Of a stretch of DNA of 64,000 nt, positions 36,569 to 46,147 are shown piece after piece. Numbering within the stretch: position 1 is the first letter of the stretch; each line of letters starts with the position of its first letter. A model generated the notes under the pieces. It saw only the letters and a program-made list of their open reading frames with translations. It was not told where the DNA came from and made no database searches. The position numbers were made by a program, and so were the translations under genes. This DNA comes from an uncultured Acidobacteriota bacterium. GTDB taxonomy: Bacteria; Acidobacteriota; Thermoanaerobaculia; UBA5066; Gp7-AA6. Location of the stretch: NCBI GenBank assembly GCA_963764715.1, contig CAVXTP010000014.1:181378-245377 (forward strand), read 5' to 3'.

Positions 36569-39358
36569 TCAGGGTTGCGCCGGCGGAAGCGCGCTCCAGT
36601 TCAGGATCCCGTTCCACAGAAAGCGGTAGTCGGAATGGTTGAGGTCCCGGTGCATCGGGTTGAAGTTGAACGCGAGCACCCGGCCCTTGCCCGCGGGGAG
36701 ATCGAGGATGGCCGGCTGGCCCTCGAGGTCGTCGCCCTTCTTCACGCCGCCGGAGACGACGAAGGCCGGGTCCGTGTCCTTCTTCTCGCCCGCGGCCGCC
36801 GGCGCGTCGGGGTCCCGCTCGCGCTTGGGGAGCTTGGTCCCCCACTGCAGGACCACGAAGCGCTGGTACTCCGGCCGGACCGCGTAGATCGGCAGCTCCG
36901 TGCGGAACGCCGACGTCAGGGCCGGGTAGCCGTAGGCGAGCGGATGGTCCGTGCGCAGGAACTTGACCGTCAGCTCGACGCCGTGGGTCTCGACGGAGGT
37001 CCCGCTCCGGTTGACGTTGCGGGCGAGGCCGCCCTCGAGCGCGAGGGCCGAGCCGTTGCCGAGCGTGATCAGGAGGCCGCCGCGATCCAGATAGTCCTGG
37101 AGGTTCGCCATCCCCTTCCAGCCGATTCCCCCGGTGATGTCCTCGGAAGCGTCCGGCTCGCCGTGGCTCACGAACTCCGGGGTCTTGGTGTACGGCATCG
37201 GCCCCCACTTCGTGTCGATGCCGAGGATCTGGCCCTTGAGGTTCTCGTAGGTGTTGCCGTAGAGGATGACGTCGTACCGATCGCGCAGATGGCCGGCGCG
37301 GACCTCGTCGTCGCGGATGTAGTCGTACGGGATCTTTTCCCGGTCGAGCGCGAGCCGAAGCCACCCCACCGATTCCGTGTCGGTCCAGAGGTGCCAGACG
37401 GCGACGCGCGGGATGGGCGCGTCGTGCAGGGCGACCCGGGGCGCGGCGGCGGCGCCGTCGAAGTCGAGGCCGAGCTCCTTCGCGACGGCCTCGACGGCCG
37501 GGCCGAGCCCCTCCTGCGCCGGGAGGAACCAGGAGCCGGCCGGGTACGTCGCGCTCCCGACGTTGAAGCTCGTCTCGGCGATCGAGACCCTGAACCGCGC
37601 GAGCCGGAAGCGCGCCGCGAGCAGGGCCTCCTGCCCGGTGTCCTTGAGGAGGTAGGCCGGCCCGGATCCCGCCACGCGGCCCGTCACCTCCGGCGGCGCG
37701 GTCAGCTTCTCGACGGCGGCCGACTTGATCTTGACGTCGTCGACCTTCGTCGCCGTCAGCCCGTAGTGCACGCTCAGCGCCCACGAGACGTCGTCGTAGG
37801 GCTCGTACGGCGTCTCGGTGGGGAACTTCTGCGGCTCCAGCAGGTCGACGGCGTAGTTGCGGTAGGGCTGGTCGAGGAGGACGACGAAGTCGCCCTTCGC
37901 GAACGCACCCTCCTTGACCGTGACGGCCTCGGTCAGCCGCGCGACCTCGATCCGGTGCCCGCGCAGGATCTCGACGAGCTGCGCGACCCGGCGCGGGTCT
38001 CCCTGGTTCTGCGGTATGACGAGGGCGAACGGATTGCCCTTCACGCCCTTCTGCCACGAGTTGTAGCCCTTGCGGTAGAAGTTGCGGAGCATGTCGCGGG
38101 CGTTCTTCGCCGACCAGTCGAGGATCGCGAGGCAGCCGGTCTCCATGTAGTTCGTGTTGTTGCGGAGCGACCAGCGGAACTTCTTGTCCGGGGGCCAGGG
38201 CCGGTACCACTCGCGGTTGGTCACGGGGGTGTCGACGTAACGGTTCTCCGACGGCCGCAGCGTCCGTTCCACGGTTTCCGCCGTGCCGTTGCCGAACGTC
38301 TCGTAGCCGCGGCCGAGCGAGTTGTGGTTCGAGGCCACCGAGTCGAGGTAGTGGAGCCCCCACGACTCCCCGAAGCCCCAGGTCCAGACCCCCGGCATGC
38401 CGAGCGACGTCAGGCTCTGGACCTCGTGGAAGGACGTCTCGAGCCACTCGGAGATCGCGATCGGGTCGAGGTTGACGTTGTAGGGGCCGGTGCCGTTCCA
38501 CGTGTGGAGCAGGGGGATCGACTCGTGCAGGTCGTGCACGACCGTCGGGTGGTAGTCGTAGAACATCCGGTGCACGGCCTGCGTCAGCTGCAGGGCCTTC
38601 TGGTGCGTGTCCCGGTTGTTGTCGTGGAAGACGTAGTGGCCCCAGTACGGCGGCGTCCGCTCGGGCAGGTTCTCCCAGTCGGTCTTGCCCTTGAGGTAGC
38701 GGTAGAACCAGTCGACCGCCTTGTCCCGGCCGTCGGGCTCCGAGACCGGGTTGATGAGGACGACCAGGTTCCTGCGGATGTCGCGGATCATCGGCTGCTC
38801 GGAGACGGCCAGCCGGTACGCGAGCTCCATCACCATCTCGGGGCTGCCGGTCTCGGTCGAGTGGAGGCCGGCGTTGAAATAGTAGATCGGGCGCGCCGTC
38901 GCGATGATCTTCTCGGCCGCCTCGGGGCTCGTGATGCGGGGGTCCGCGAGGGCCGCCGTCGCGGCCTTCAGGCGATCGAGGTTGCGGATCCCCTCCTCGT
39001 CGGCGACCGCCACCAGCAGGATCTCGCGCCCTTCCTCCGACTTTCCGATCACCTCGACCCGCACGCGGGGGGTCGCCTTCGCGAGCGCGCGGAAGTACCC
39101 GTAGATCTGGGCCGTGCGCGAGAGCTCTCCTTCGGCGCCCGCCACGTGTCCGAGGAATTTCGTCGGCGACGGCACCGTCGCCGAGGCCGGAACGTAGGAC
39201 ACCCAGGAGCTCAGGAAGCGCGGCTCGGTCGTGAACTTCGCGATCGCCTCCGACGAGCCCGGCTCGGCCGCGTCCGGCGAGGTGTCGGCCGCGTGCGCCG
39301 CGGCGCTGGCGAGAAAAGCGAGGCCGAGGCACGCGACCCGCCGACGGAATCGGATCAT
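36569..39358 (-). CDS. Secreted M14 zinc carboxypeptidase-family protein
   Basis: GKSEEGR, GLHSTE, NPVSEPDG, DNNRD, HDLHE; signal peptide after an AGGAGG SD. Confidence 0.88.
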   Translation of the reverse strand: MIRFRRRVACLGLAFLASAAAHAADTSPDAAEPGSSEAIAKFTTEPRFLSSWVSYVPASATVPSPTKFLGHVAGAEGELSRTAQIYGYFRALAKATPRVRVEVIGKSEEGREILLVAVADEEGIRNLDRLKAATAALADPRITSPEAAEKIIATARPIYYFNAGLHSTETGSPEMVMELAYRLAVSEQPMIRDIRRNLVVLINPVSEPDGRDKAVDWFYRYLKGKTDWENLPERTPPYWGHYVFHDNNRDTHQKALQLTQAVHRMFYDYHPTVVHDLHESIPLLHTWNGTGPYNVNLDPIAISEWLETSFHEVQSLTSLGMPGVWTWGFGESWGLHYLDSVASNHNSLGRGYETFGNGTAETVERTLRPSENRYVDTPVTNREWYRPWPPDKKFRWSLRNNTNYMETGCLAILDWSAKNARDMLRNFYRKGYNSWQKGVKGNPFALVIPQNQGDPRRVAQLVEILRGHRIEVARLTEAVTVKEGAFAKGDFVVLLDQPYRNYAVDLLEPQKFPTETPYEPYDDVSWALSVHYGLTATKVDDVKIKSAAVEKLTAPPEVTGRVAGSGPAYLLKDTGQEALLAARFRLARFRVSIAETSFNVGSATYPAGSWFLPAQEGLGPAVEAVAKELGLDFDGAAAAPRVALHDAPIPRVAVWHLWTDTESVGWLRLALDREKIPYDYIRDDEVRAGHLRDRYDVILYGNTYENLKGQILGIDTKWGPMPYTKTPEFVSHGEPDASEDITGGIGWKGMANLQDYLDRGGLLITLGNGSALALEGGLARNVNRSGTSVETHGVELTVKFLRTDHPLAYGYPALTSAFRTELPIYAVRPEYQRFVVLQWGTKLPKRERDPDAPAAAGEKKDTDPAFVVSGGVKKGDDLEGQPAILDLPAGKGRVLAFNFNPMHRDLNHSDYRFLWNGILNWSALPPAQP

Positions 39359-39470
39359 CGAGACCCTCCTCACCCACCGAACGCGGCGTCGCGCCGCGGA
39401 ATAGAAACCCGAAGCCGCCGGTAATCTAGCAAGAACTCGGCGATGGCGTATCGACGGGGAGAGGTGGTGG

Positions 39471-40385
39471 GTGAAAAAACTGACAGTCATCGCCGGTCTG
39501 GCCCTCGCGGCGCTGCACGGGGCCTCCCTCCTCGGGCAGGCCCGCGCGCCCGCGGCGACCCCGTCTCCCGCGGCCACTCCGCCGCCCCCGGACCCGGTGC
39601 TCGTGGGCGCGGGCGACATCGCGTCCTGCTCGGAGGAGGGCGACGAGCAGACGGCGGCGCTGCTCGACAAGATCGAGGGCACCGTGTTCACGCTGGGCGA
39701 CAACGTCTATCCCAACGGCACCGCCCGCCAGTTCATGGCGTGCTACGACCCGACGTGGGGACGGCACAAGGCGAGGACGCGCCCCGTGCCCGGGAACCAC
39801 GACTACCGCACGACCGGCGGGGCCGGCTACTTCGGCTACTTCGGCGGCGCCGCGGGCGACCCCGCGACCGGCAACTACAGCTACGACCTGGGCGCCTGGC
39901 ACGTCGTCGTCCTGAACAGCAACTGCGGCGAGATCGGCGGCTGCGGCCCGGGCTCGCGGCAGGAGCGCTGGCTCAAGGCGGACCTCGCGGCCCATCCGGC
40001 GCCGTGCACCGCGGCGATGTGGCACCACCCCCGCTTCTCCTCGGCCCAACACGGCGACGACGGCGGCATGCGAAACCTCTGGCGGGTCCTCTACGAGGCC
40101 GGGGCGGAGCTCGTGCTCTCGGGCCACGACCACACCTACGAGCGCTTCGGGCCGCAGGACGCCGACGGCAAGGCCGACCCGGCGCGGGGCATGCGGCAGT
40201 TCGTCGTCGGCACCGGGGGCAAGGAGCTCTACAAGTTCGAACGGATCGAGGCCGACAGCGAGGTCCACAGCAACAAGACCTTCGGGGTCCTCAAGCTGAC
40301 GCTCCATCCCCGCGGTTACGACTGGGAGTTCGTCCCCGTCCGGGACGGCGTGTTCCACGACTCCGGCTCGGCCGAGTGCCACTGA
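39471..40385 (+). CDS. Secreted calcineurin-like metallophosphoesterase
   Basis: GAGD, LGDNVY, GNHD, WHHP, GHDH.YER. Confidence 0.9.
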   Translation: MKKLTVIAGLALAALHGASLLGQARAPAATPSPAATPPPPDPVLVGAGDIASCSEEGDEQTAALLDKIEGTVFTLGDNVYPNGTARQFMACYDPTWGRHKARTRPVPGNHDYRTTGGAGYFGYFGGAAGDPATGNYSYDLGAWHVVVLNSNCGEIGGCGPGSRQERWLKADLAAHPAPCTAAMWHHPRFSSAQHGDDGGMRNLWRVLYEAGAELVLSGHDHTYERFGPQDADGKADPARGMRQFVVGTGGKELYKFERIEADSEVHSNKTFGVLKLTLHPRGYDWEFVPVRDGVFHDSGSAECH

Positions 40386-40442
40386 GCGCGGCGCCGCCCG
40401 GGGCGCCGGAAGGATAGATTAGGCGCTCCGGAAGGGGGCGTC

Positions 40443-40706
40443 ATGCACGAGACTCCGGCCGATCCGCACCTGAAGTCCATCCGCCCGGTCAAGCCGAGCG
40501 CGAAGGGCTGCGAGGACTGCCTCAAGATCGGAGGCCGCTGGGTCCACCTTCGCCTCTGCCTGACGTGCGGCCACGTCGGCTGCTGCGACTCCTCGCCGCA
40601 CCGGCACGCGAGCGCGCACTTCCGCGCCACGACGCATCCCATCGTCCAGTCCTTCGAGCCCGGCGAGGACTGGCGCTGGTGCTACGTCGACGAGGCGTTT
40701 CTCTGA
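40443..40706 (+). CDS. Stand-alone UBP-type zinc-finger protein
   Basis: CEDC..WVHLRLCLTCGHVGCCDSS..HA..H..H..W.WCYVD. Confidence 0.9.
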   Translation: MHETPADPHLKSIRPVKPSAKGCEDCLKIGGRWVHLRLCLTCGHVGCCDSSPHRHASAHFRATTHPIVQSFEPGEDWRWCYVDEAFL

Positions 40707-41506
40707 ACCGCGCCGCGGCCCCGGCGGCGGCGCCGCAGGACGCGCGGCACCCCCTCCTCGAGCGGCGGATCGTCGCCGTGCCGCTGTCCTATCTCTTCTG
40801 GGCCACGTGCGTCCTGATCGTCATCGTCTGGACGCCGCTCGTGGCGGCGATCCGCCTCTTCACCCGCCGCTCCGACCCCAACCGCGACCGCGTCGGCCGC
40901 TTCCAGCGCCACTCGGCCGCCCTCGCCGCCCGGCTCAACCCGTTCTGGGACTTCCGCGCCGTCGACGAGGTCCATCCCGACCCGGGCCGGCCGCACCTCT
41001 TCGTCGCGAACCACAAGTCGCTCGCCGACGTGTTCCTCCTGTGCCTGCTGCCGTGGGAGATGAAGTTCCTCTCGAAGGCCTCGATCTTCAAGATCCCCCT
41101 GCTCGGCTGGCAGATGCGGACCTCGCGGGACATCCCGATCGAGCGGGGCAACCGGGACAGCGCGCGGGAGGCGATCGAGGCGATGCGGGACCGGCTGACG
41201 CGCGGGAGCTCCGTCATCGTGTTTCCCGAGGGAACGCGCAGCCCCGACGGCTCGGTCGCGCCGTTTCGCGAAGGGGCCTTCCGCCTCGCGATCGAGCTCG
41301 GCGTCGAGGTCGTCCCGCTCGCCGTGGCGGGAACCGAGAACACGCTCCCGAAGCACTCGCTCGTCTTCAAGCCGGCGACGGCCACCGTGACGGTCCTCCC
41401 GCCGGTATCGGTCGCCGGCCTCGCGGCGGCCGACGCCCCGCAACTCGCCGAGCGTGTCCGGGGCGCGATCGCGGCGTCGATCGGCGTCCCCGGCGGCCGG
41501 ACGTGA
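40703..41506 (+). CDS. Lysophospholipid acyltransferase (PlsC-like); start CTG 40703 or GTG 40778
   Basis: NHKSLAD (HxxxxD) and FPEGTRS motifs; N-terminal TM segment. Confidence 0.88.
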   Translation: MNRAAAPAAAPQDARHPLLERRIVAVPLSYLFWATCVLIVIVWTPLVAAIRLFTRRSDPNRDRVGRFQRHSAALAARLNPFWDFRAVDEVHPDPGRPHLFVANHKSLADVFLLCLLPWEMKFLSKASIFKIPLLGWQMRTSRDIPIERGNRDSAREAIEAMRDRLTRGSSVIVFPEGTRSPDGSVAPFREGAFRLAIELGVEVVPLAVAGTENTLPKHSLVFKPATATVTVLPPVSVAGLAAADAPQLAERVRGAIAASIGVPGGRT

Positions 41507-42474
41507 GCCCGGCGCCCGTTCTCGACCGCGCCCTCGTCGAGCAGGCCCGGCGCGCGATCGCCGGCCGCGTGCGCCGCACGCCGGTCGAGGAGTCCCCCGG
41601 CCTCTCGGAGAAGGCCGGCGTCCCCGTCGTGCTCAAGCTCGAGTGCCTCCAGCTCACCGGCTCGTTCAAGATCCGGGGCGCCGTCTTCGCGCTGGCGCGG
41701 CTCGACCCCGCGCAGCGCGCCCGAGGCATCGTGACCTGCTCGGCCGGCAACCATGGCAAGGCCGTCGCCTGGGTGGCACGCGAGCTCTCCGTCCCGGCCG
41801 AGATCCACGTCCCGAAGAGCGTCGACGAGGCGAAGTACCGCGCCATCGTGGCGCTCGGGGCGCGCGTCCTCCGCTCGGAGTTCGAGGGCTTCGACGAGAC
41901 CGAGCAGCTGGCGAAAGCCGAGGCCGCGCGCTCCGGCCGCCCGTACCTGACGGCCTTCGACGACGCCGCGATCCTCGCCGCCAACGGCGGAACGCTCGCC
42001 GCCGAAGTCCTCGAGGACGCGCCGGACGCCCGCACCTTCCTCGTGCCGGTCGGCGGCGCGGGCCTGGCGGGCGGCTTCGCGTACTACGCCAAGAGCGTCC
42101 GGCCCGATGCGCGCATCGTGGGGTGCCAGCACGCCCTGTCGCCCGCGCTCGCCCTCTCGCTCGAGCGGGGCGAGGCCGTGCTGAACCTGCCCCCGGTCGC
42201 GACGACAGCCGGCGGCCTCGAGGGCGGCATCGGGAAGACGGGCTTCGACGTCCTGAAGACGCGGATCGGCGGGGTCGCCCTCCTGACCGAGGAGGAGATC
42301 TTCGATGCCGTGCGCTTCATGCTCGACCGCCACCAGTACCTGGTGGAGCCGTCCTCCGCGGTCACGGTCGCGGCGATTCTCACGGGCAAGGCGGGCCGCA
42401 TCGACTCGCCCGCCGTCGCCGTCGTCTCGGGACGAAACGTCGCGCTCGCGACGATCCGGAGGATCCTCGCATGA
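41503..42474 (+). CDS. PLP-dependent threonine/serine dehydratase-family protein (EutB-like)
   Basis: KLECLQ.TGSFKIRG, SAGNHG, PVGGAGL, VEPS, SGRN. Confidence 0.88.
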   Translation: MSPAPVLDRALVEQARRAIAGRVRRTPVEESPGLSEKAGVPVVLKLECLQLTGSFKIRGAVFALARLDPAQRARGIVTCSAGNHGKAVAWVARELSVPAEIHVPKSVDEAKYRAIVALGARVLRSEFEGFDETEQLAKAEAARSGRPYLTAFDDAAILAANGGTLAAEVLEDAPDARTFLVPVGGAGLAGGFAYYAKSVRPDARIVGCQHALSPALALSLERGEAVLNLPPVATTAGGLEGGIGKTGFDVLKTRIGGVALLTEEEIFDAVRFMLDRHQYLVEPSSAVTVAAILTGKAGRIDSPAVAVVSGRNVALATIRRILA

Positions 42475-43379
42475 AGATCGTCGGGCCGGAAGAGATCCGC
42501 CGCTCGGTCGATTTCGGCCGGGCGATCGAGGCCATGCGCGAGGCCGTGCTCGCGCAGTCGCGGGGCGACCTCGACACGCCCATGCCGATGCACCTGGATC
42601 TCTCGGCGGGCGGCGGCGGCGAGGTCCACATCAAGTCGAGCTACCGCCGGGGCGGAAAGCACTTCGCCCTCAAGGTCGCGGGCTCCTACGCGAAGGGGCC
42701 CTCCGGCTCGATCGTTCTCGTCTCGGTGGAGACCGGCGAGACCGCCGTGTTCTTCGACGACGGCGGGTACCTGACGGACCTGCGCACCGCGGCCGTCGCC
42801 GCCATGGCCGCGAAGGAGCTCGGCCGCCGCGACACGGTCCTCGGCATCCTCGGAACGGGAGTCCAGGCGAGGCTCCAGGCCGAGCTCCACGCCGCCGTCC
42901 TCCCGCTCGCCGAGGTGCACGTCTGGGGCCGCCACGCCGACCGGGCCGCCGCCTGCGCGCGCGAGATCGGCGTCCGGCAGCCGGGCGTGCGCGTCGTCGT
43001 CTCCCCTTCGCCCGCGGAAGTGGCCGCCGCCGCGCGGCTCGTCGTGACGGTCACGGCTTCCCGGACGCCGCTGCTTTCCGCCGGGGACATCCTGCCCGGC
43101 ACGCACGTCTCCGCCGTCGGATCCGACTCCCCCGGCAAGCAGGAGCTCGATCCGGAGATCCTCCGCCGGGCGTCGCTTCTCCTCGTCGACTCCGTCGCCC
43201 AGTGCGAAAAGCTCGGCGAGCTCCAGCACGCCCTCTCGGAAAAGTCGCGCGCCTTCGAAATCGGCGCCTTCTGCGCCGCGCCTCGCGCCTACGACCGAAC
43301 CGGCACCACCGTCGCCGACTTCACGGGGCTCGGCGCGGAAGATCTCTTCATCGCGGAAGAGTGCGCCCGGGGTCTGTGA
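42471..43379 (+). CDS. Ornithine cyclodeaminase/mu-crystallin-family protein (EutC-like)
   Basis: LTDLRTAA, ILGTGVQA, GTHVSAVGSD.PGKQEL, DFTG...ED. Confidence 0.88.
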   Translation: MKIVGPEEIRRSVDFGRAIEAMREAVLAQSRGDLDTPMPMHLDLSAGGGGEVHIKSSYRRGGKHFALKVAGSYAKGPSGSIVLVSVETGETAVFFDDGGYLTDLRTAAVAAMAAKELGRRDTVLGILGTGVQARLQAELHAAVLPLAEVHVWGRHADRAAACAREIGVRQPGVRVVVSPSPAEVAAAARLVVTVTASRTPLLSAGDILPGTHVSAVGSDSPGKQELDPEILRRASLLLVDSVAQCEKLGELQHALSEKSRAFEIGAFCAAPRAYDRTGTTVADFTGLGAEDLFIAEECARGL

Positions 43380-43415
43380 GGAGCCGCCCCGGCGAAGGTC
43401 TAGAATCGGCGCGCG

Positions 43416-44174
43416 ATGACACGGTCCGTCCGGGAGAAGCTCGCCGCCGACGGGGCCGGCCTGCGGGACGGTTTTCGCCTGCGGGGCGCTGAGATCTCGC
43501 GCATCGAAGGCTTTTCCGACGCGGTGTTCGCGTTCGCCGTGACCCTCCTCGTCGTCTCGCTCGAGGTGCCCCGCACGTTCCACGAGCTTTCCGCGGCCAT
43601 GAAGGGCTTCGTCGTCTTCGCCGTCTGCTTCGCCCTCCTGATCGAGGTCTGGCGCGAGCACTACGTCTTCTTCCGGCGGTACGGCCTGCAGGACGCCGGC
43701 ACGGTCTGGCTGAACGCCGCCCTCCTCTTCGTCGTCCTCTTCTACGTCTACCCGCTCAAGTTCCTCTTCAACATCGTTTTCGCCGGCGTCACCGGCGCGC
43801 CGCGCGAGGTCGCCGGCGCCGGCGGCCGGATGGAGGCGGTGATCGAGACGGCGCAGGTCCCGACCCTCTTCCTGATCTACGGCGGCGGCGTCATCGCGCT
43901 CTATCTGCTGCTCGCTCTCCTCTACGCGCACGCCTGGCGGCGTCGCGCGGAGCTCGAGCTGACGCCGCTCGAGCTCTTCGATACGCGGGCGTCGATCGGG
44001 CGCCATCTGCTCGCGATGTCCGTCGCGGTGGTCTCGTGCATCGTCGCCGTCACCGTGCCGGCGCACCTCGTGGGTTTCGCGGGCTATGCCTACTTCCTGT
44101 TCGGGCCCGCGATGGCGATCCACGGCGCGAGGACGGGCCGGCGAAGACGGCGCCTCGGGGCCGCGACCGCATGA
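43416..44174 (+). CDS. TMEM175-family (DUF1211) K+ channel
   Basis: SRIEGFSDAVFAFAVTLLVV signature, W..H..FF, about 6 TM segments. Confidence 0.85.
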   Translation: MTRSVREKLAADGAGLRDGFRLRGAEISRIEGFSDAVFAFAVTLLVVSLEVPRTFHELSAAMKGFVVFAVCFALLIEVWREHYVFFRRYGLQDAGTVWLNAALLFVVLFYVYPLKFLFNIVFAGVTGAPREVAGAGGRMEAVIETAQVPTLFLIYGGGVIALYLLLALLYAHAWRRRAELELTPLELFDTRASIGRHLLAMSVAVVSCIVAVTVPAHLVGFAGYAYFLFGPAMAIHGARTGRRRRRLGAATA

Positions 44175-44554
44175 GCCGCTTCCTCTGGATCTGCCTGGGC
44201 GGCGCGGCCGGGACCGGCGCGCGCTACCTGCTGTCGGGCTGGGCGGTCGGCGTCTTCGGCGCGGCCTTCCCGTACGGGACCTTCGCCGTCAACGTGATCG
44301 GCTCGTTCTTCGTCGGCTTCCTGATGCAGGTCGGCCTCGCGACCCCGCTGCTGTCGCCGACGCTGCGCCTGGCCCTGACCACGGGGGTCATGGGCGGCTT
44401 CACCACCTACTCGACCTTCAACTACGAGACGATCCGCTACGTCCAGGACGGATCCTGGGAGCTCGCCCTCGCGAACGTGTCGCTGACCGTCGCGGCCTGC
44501 ATCGCCGCCGGCTTCGCCGGAATCGCGGCGGGGCGCTGGATCTTCGGAGGATAG
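44171..44554 (+). CDS. crcB: Fluoride efflux channel FluC
   Basis: GGAAGTGARY, FPYGTFAVNVIGSF, GVMGGFTTYSTF. Confidence 0.93.
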   Translation: MSRFLWICLGGAAGTGARYLLSGWAVGVFGAAFPYGTFAVNVIGSFFVGFLMQVGLATPLLSPTLRLALTTGVMGGFTTYSTFNYETIRYVQDGSWELALANVSLTVAACIAAGFAGIAAGRWIFGG

Positions 44555-44564
44555 AGAGGCCCGC

Positions 44565-44924
44565 ATGCGCATTCTCGACGGGGAACAGGTTCTCGCGCGG
44601 ATCTTCATCGGCGAGTCCGACCGGTGGCATCACCAGCCGCTCTGGAGCGCCCTGCTCCAGCGCCTCCGAAAGGACGGCTACGCCGGCGCGACGGTGCTCC
44701 GCGGCATCGGCGGCTTCGGCGCCCGGAGCGTCCTCCACACCACGCTCCTCGAGCGGCTCTCGCAGGACCTGCCGTTGGTCATCGAGATCGTCGACACGAA
44801 CGAGCACATCGAGCGGCTGCTCCCGGTGCTCGACGAAATGGTGCCGGAGGGGCTGGTCACGCTCGAGAAGGTGCGGGTCCTGAAGTACTCGCCCGGCCGG
44901 CGCCCGCTCGACGAAGGGGGCTAG
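44565..44924 (+). CDS. DUF190 (PII-like) protein
   Basis: RIFIGESD, GATVLRGIGGFG, LSQDLPLVIEIVD; usual crcB neighbour. Confidence 0.9.
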   Translation: MRILDGEQVLARIFIGESDRWHHQPLWSALLQRLRKDGYAGATVLRGIGGFGARSVLHTTLLERLSQDLPLVIEIVDTNEHIERLLPVLDEMVPEGLVTLEKVRVLKYSPGRRPLDEGG

Positions 44925-46147
44925 CGCGGCGGGACGGCCGACCGGCGCAGGGGCACCGTGACCGCGACGGTCGCGCCCTCGCGCCGGACGGTGAAGACGG
45001 CGTCGTCCCCCCACCGCTTTCCGGCCATGGCGCGGGCGAGGGCCTCGCGGTCGGGAATCGGAGCGCCGTCGAGCGCGAGCAGCACGTCGCCGTAGGCGAG
45101 GCCGCCCCGCTCGGCCGGGGAGTCCTCCTCGACGTGCATGATCTCCAGGAGCTGGTCCCGGGCCCGGACGTTCGTCGAGACGCCGAGGTCCGGATAGATC
45201 GGGTCGGCCTCGGGCGGCGTGCCCCAGACGAAGTTCGCGTAGGAGGCCTGAACCGTCCGCACCGGACCGAGCTTCGCGTCCTCGACGGGCACCGGGATGA
45301 TCGAGACGACGCCGCCCGCGAAGGACCGCCGGACCTGCCGCTCGATGCCGAGGCCGTACTGGACGTGCCCGGCCCCCACGAGGACGACGACGACCGCGCC
45401 GGGGTCTTCGCCGGCGAGCAGAGGCCGGACCGCGTGAAGCCCCATCGTCGCGTCCCAGGTGCACTGCGCGTCGAGCATCGACTGCCACGCGGCCTCGTCC
45501 ATCCCGCCGTGGAAGCTGCCCTCCTCGAACTCGGCGCGGAAGAGCCGGAGGTGCTCGGCGTTCTTCGAATCGATGTCGGTCGGAACGTGCGCCGCCTCCT
45601 CCGCCGTGAGGCCCTGGAAGCCCTTGCGCCGCACCGCCGCGACGACTTCGCGCGGCGCGTTGATCGCCACCATGGGAATCCGGTGGTCGCGCGCGTACAG
45701 GAAGATGTCCCGGTAGTAGAGCCAGTTGTAGCCCCAGTTCCGGTACCAGCGGGAGCCGTCGAGGAACGCCTCCTCGGAAAGCTTTCCGGCGCTCCACTCG
45801 TCGAGCCACTTCTGCTCGGTGTACGGGTACATCTCCAGGCCGATCGTCACCCGCCGGCCGGCCCGCACGAGCTCCTCGACGACGCGCTTCTCGACGCGAT
45901 GGGAATCGACGTCGGTGTGGCCTTCGCCCACGAGCACGAGCCCGGCGCCCTCGAGCCGCCGCGGCAGCTCCGCCGGCGTCAGCAGCGCGCCGGTCGAGGT
46001 GTCGGTGATCGCGTCGAGCACGACGGCCGCCTCGCAGCGGCTCCGGGCCGGGTCTCCGACCGGCAGGTGGAGGAGGTCCCCGGCGCGGGCCGGGACGGAA
46101 AGGGCGGCGAGGAGGAGGGCGGGCGCCGCGGCGCGGGCTACGCCCAC
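44921..46147 (-). CDS. ChaN-family (haem-binding uptake-like) secreted protein with C-terminal PDZ domain
   Basis: VLVGEGH..H, IGLEM, W..NW..Y, AINAP, QCTWDATM, GAGHV; DSPAERGGL..GD.LL is PDZ. Confidence 0.8.
   Translation of the reverse strand: MGVARAAAPALLLAALSVPARAGDLLHLPVGDPARSRCEAAVVLDAITDTSTGALLTPAELPRRLEGAGLVLVGEGHTDVDSHRVEKRVVEELVRAGRRVTIGLEMYPYTEQKWLDEWSAGKLSEEAFLDGSRWYRNWGYNWLYYRDIFLYARDHRIPMVAINAPREVVAAVRRKGFQGLTAEEAAHVPTDIDSKNAEHLRLFRAEFEEGSFHGGMDEAAWQSMLDAQCTWDATMGLHAVRPLLAGEDPGAVVVVLVGAGHVQYGLGIERQVRRSFAGGVVSIIPVPVEDAKLGPVRTVQASYANFVWGTPPEADPIYPDLGVSTNVRARDQLLEIMHVEEDSPAERGGLAYGDVLLALDGAPIPDREALARAMAGKRWGDDAVFTVRREGATVAVTVPLRRSAVPPR

Noticed and set aside
43380-44170. Fluoride riboswitch ahead of crcB
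   Set aside because: crcB is internal to an operon with an ATGA overlap, and no riboswitch consensus is visible upstream of either gene.
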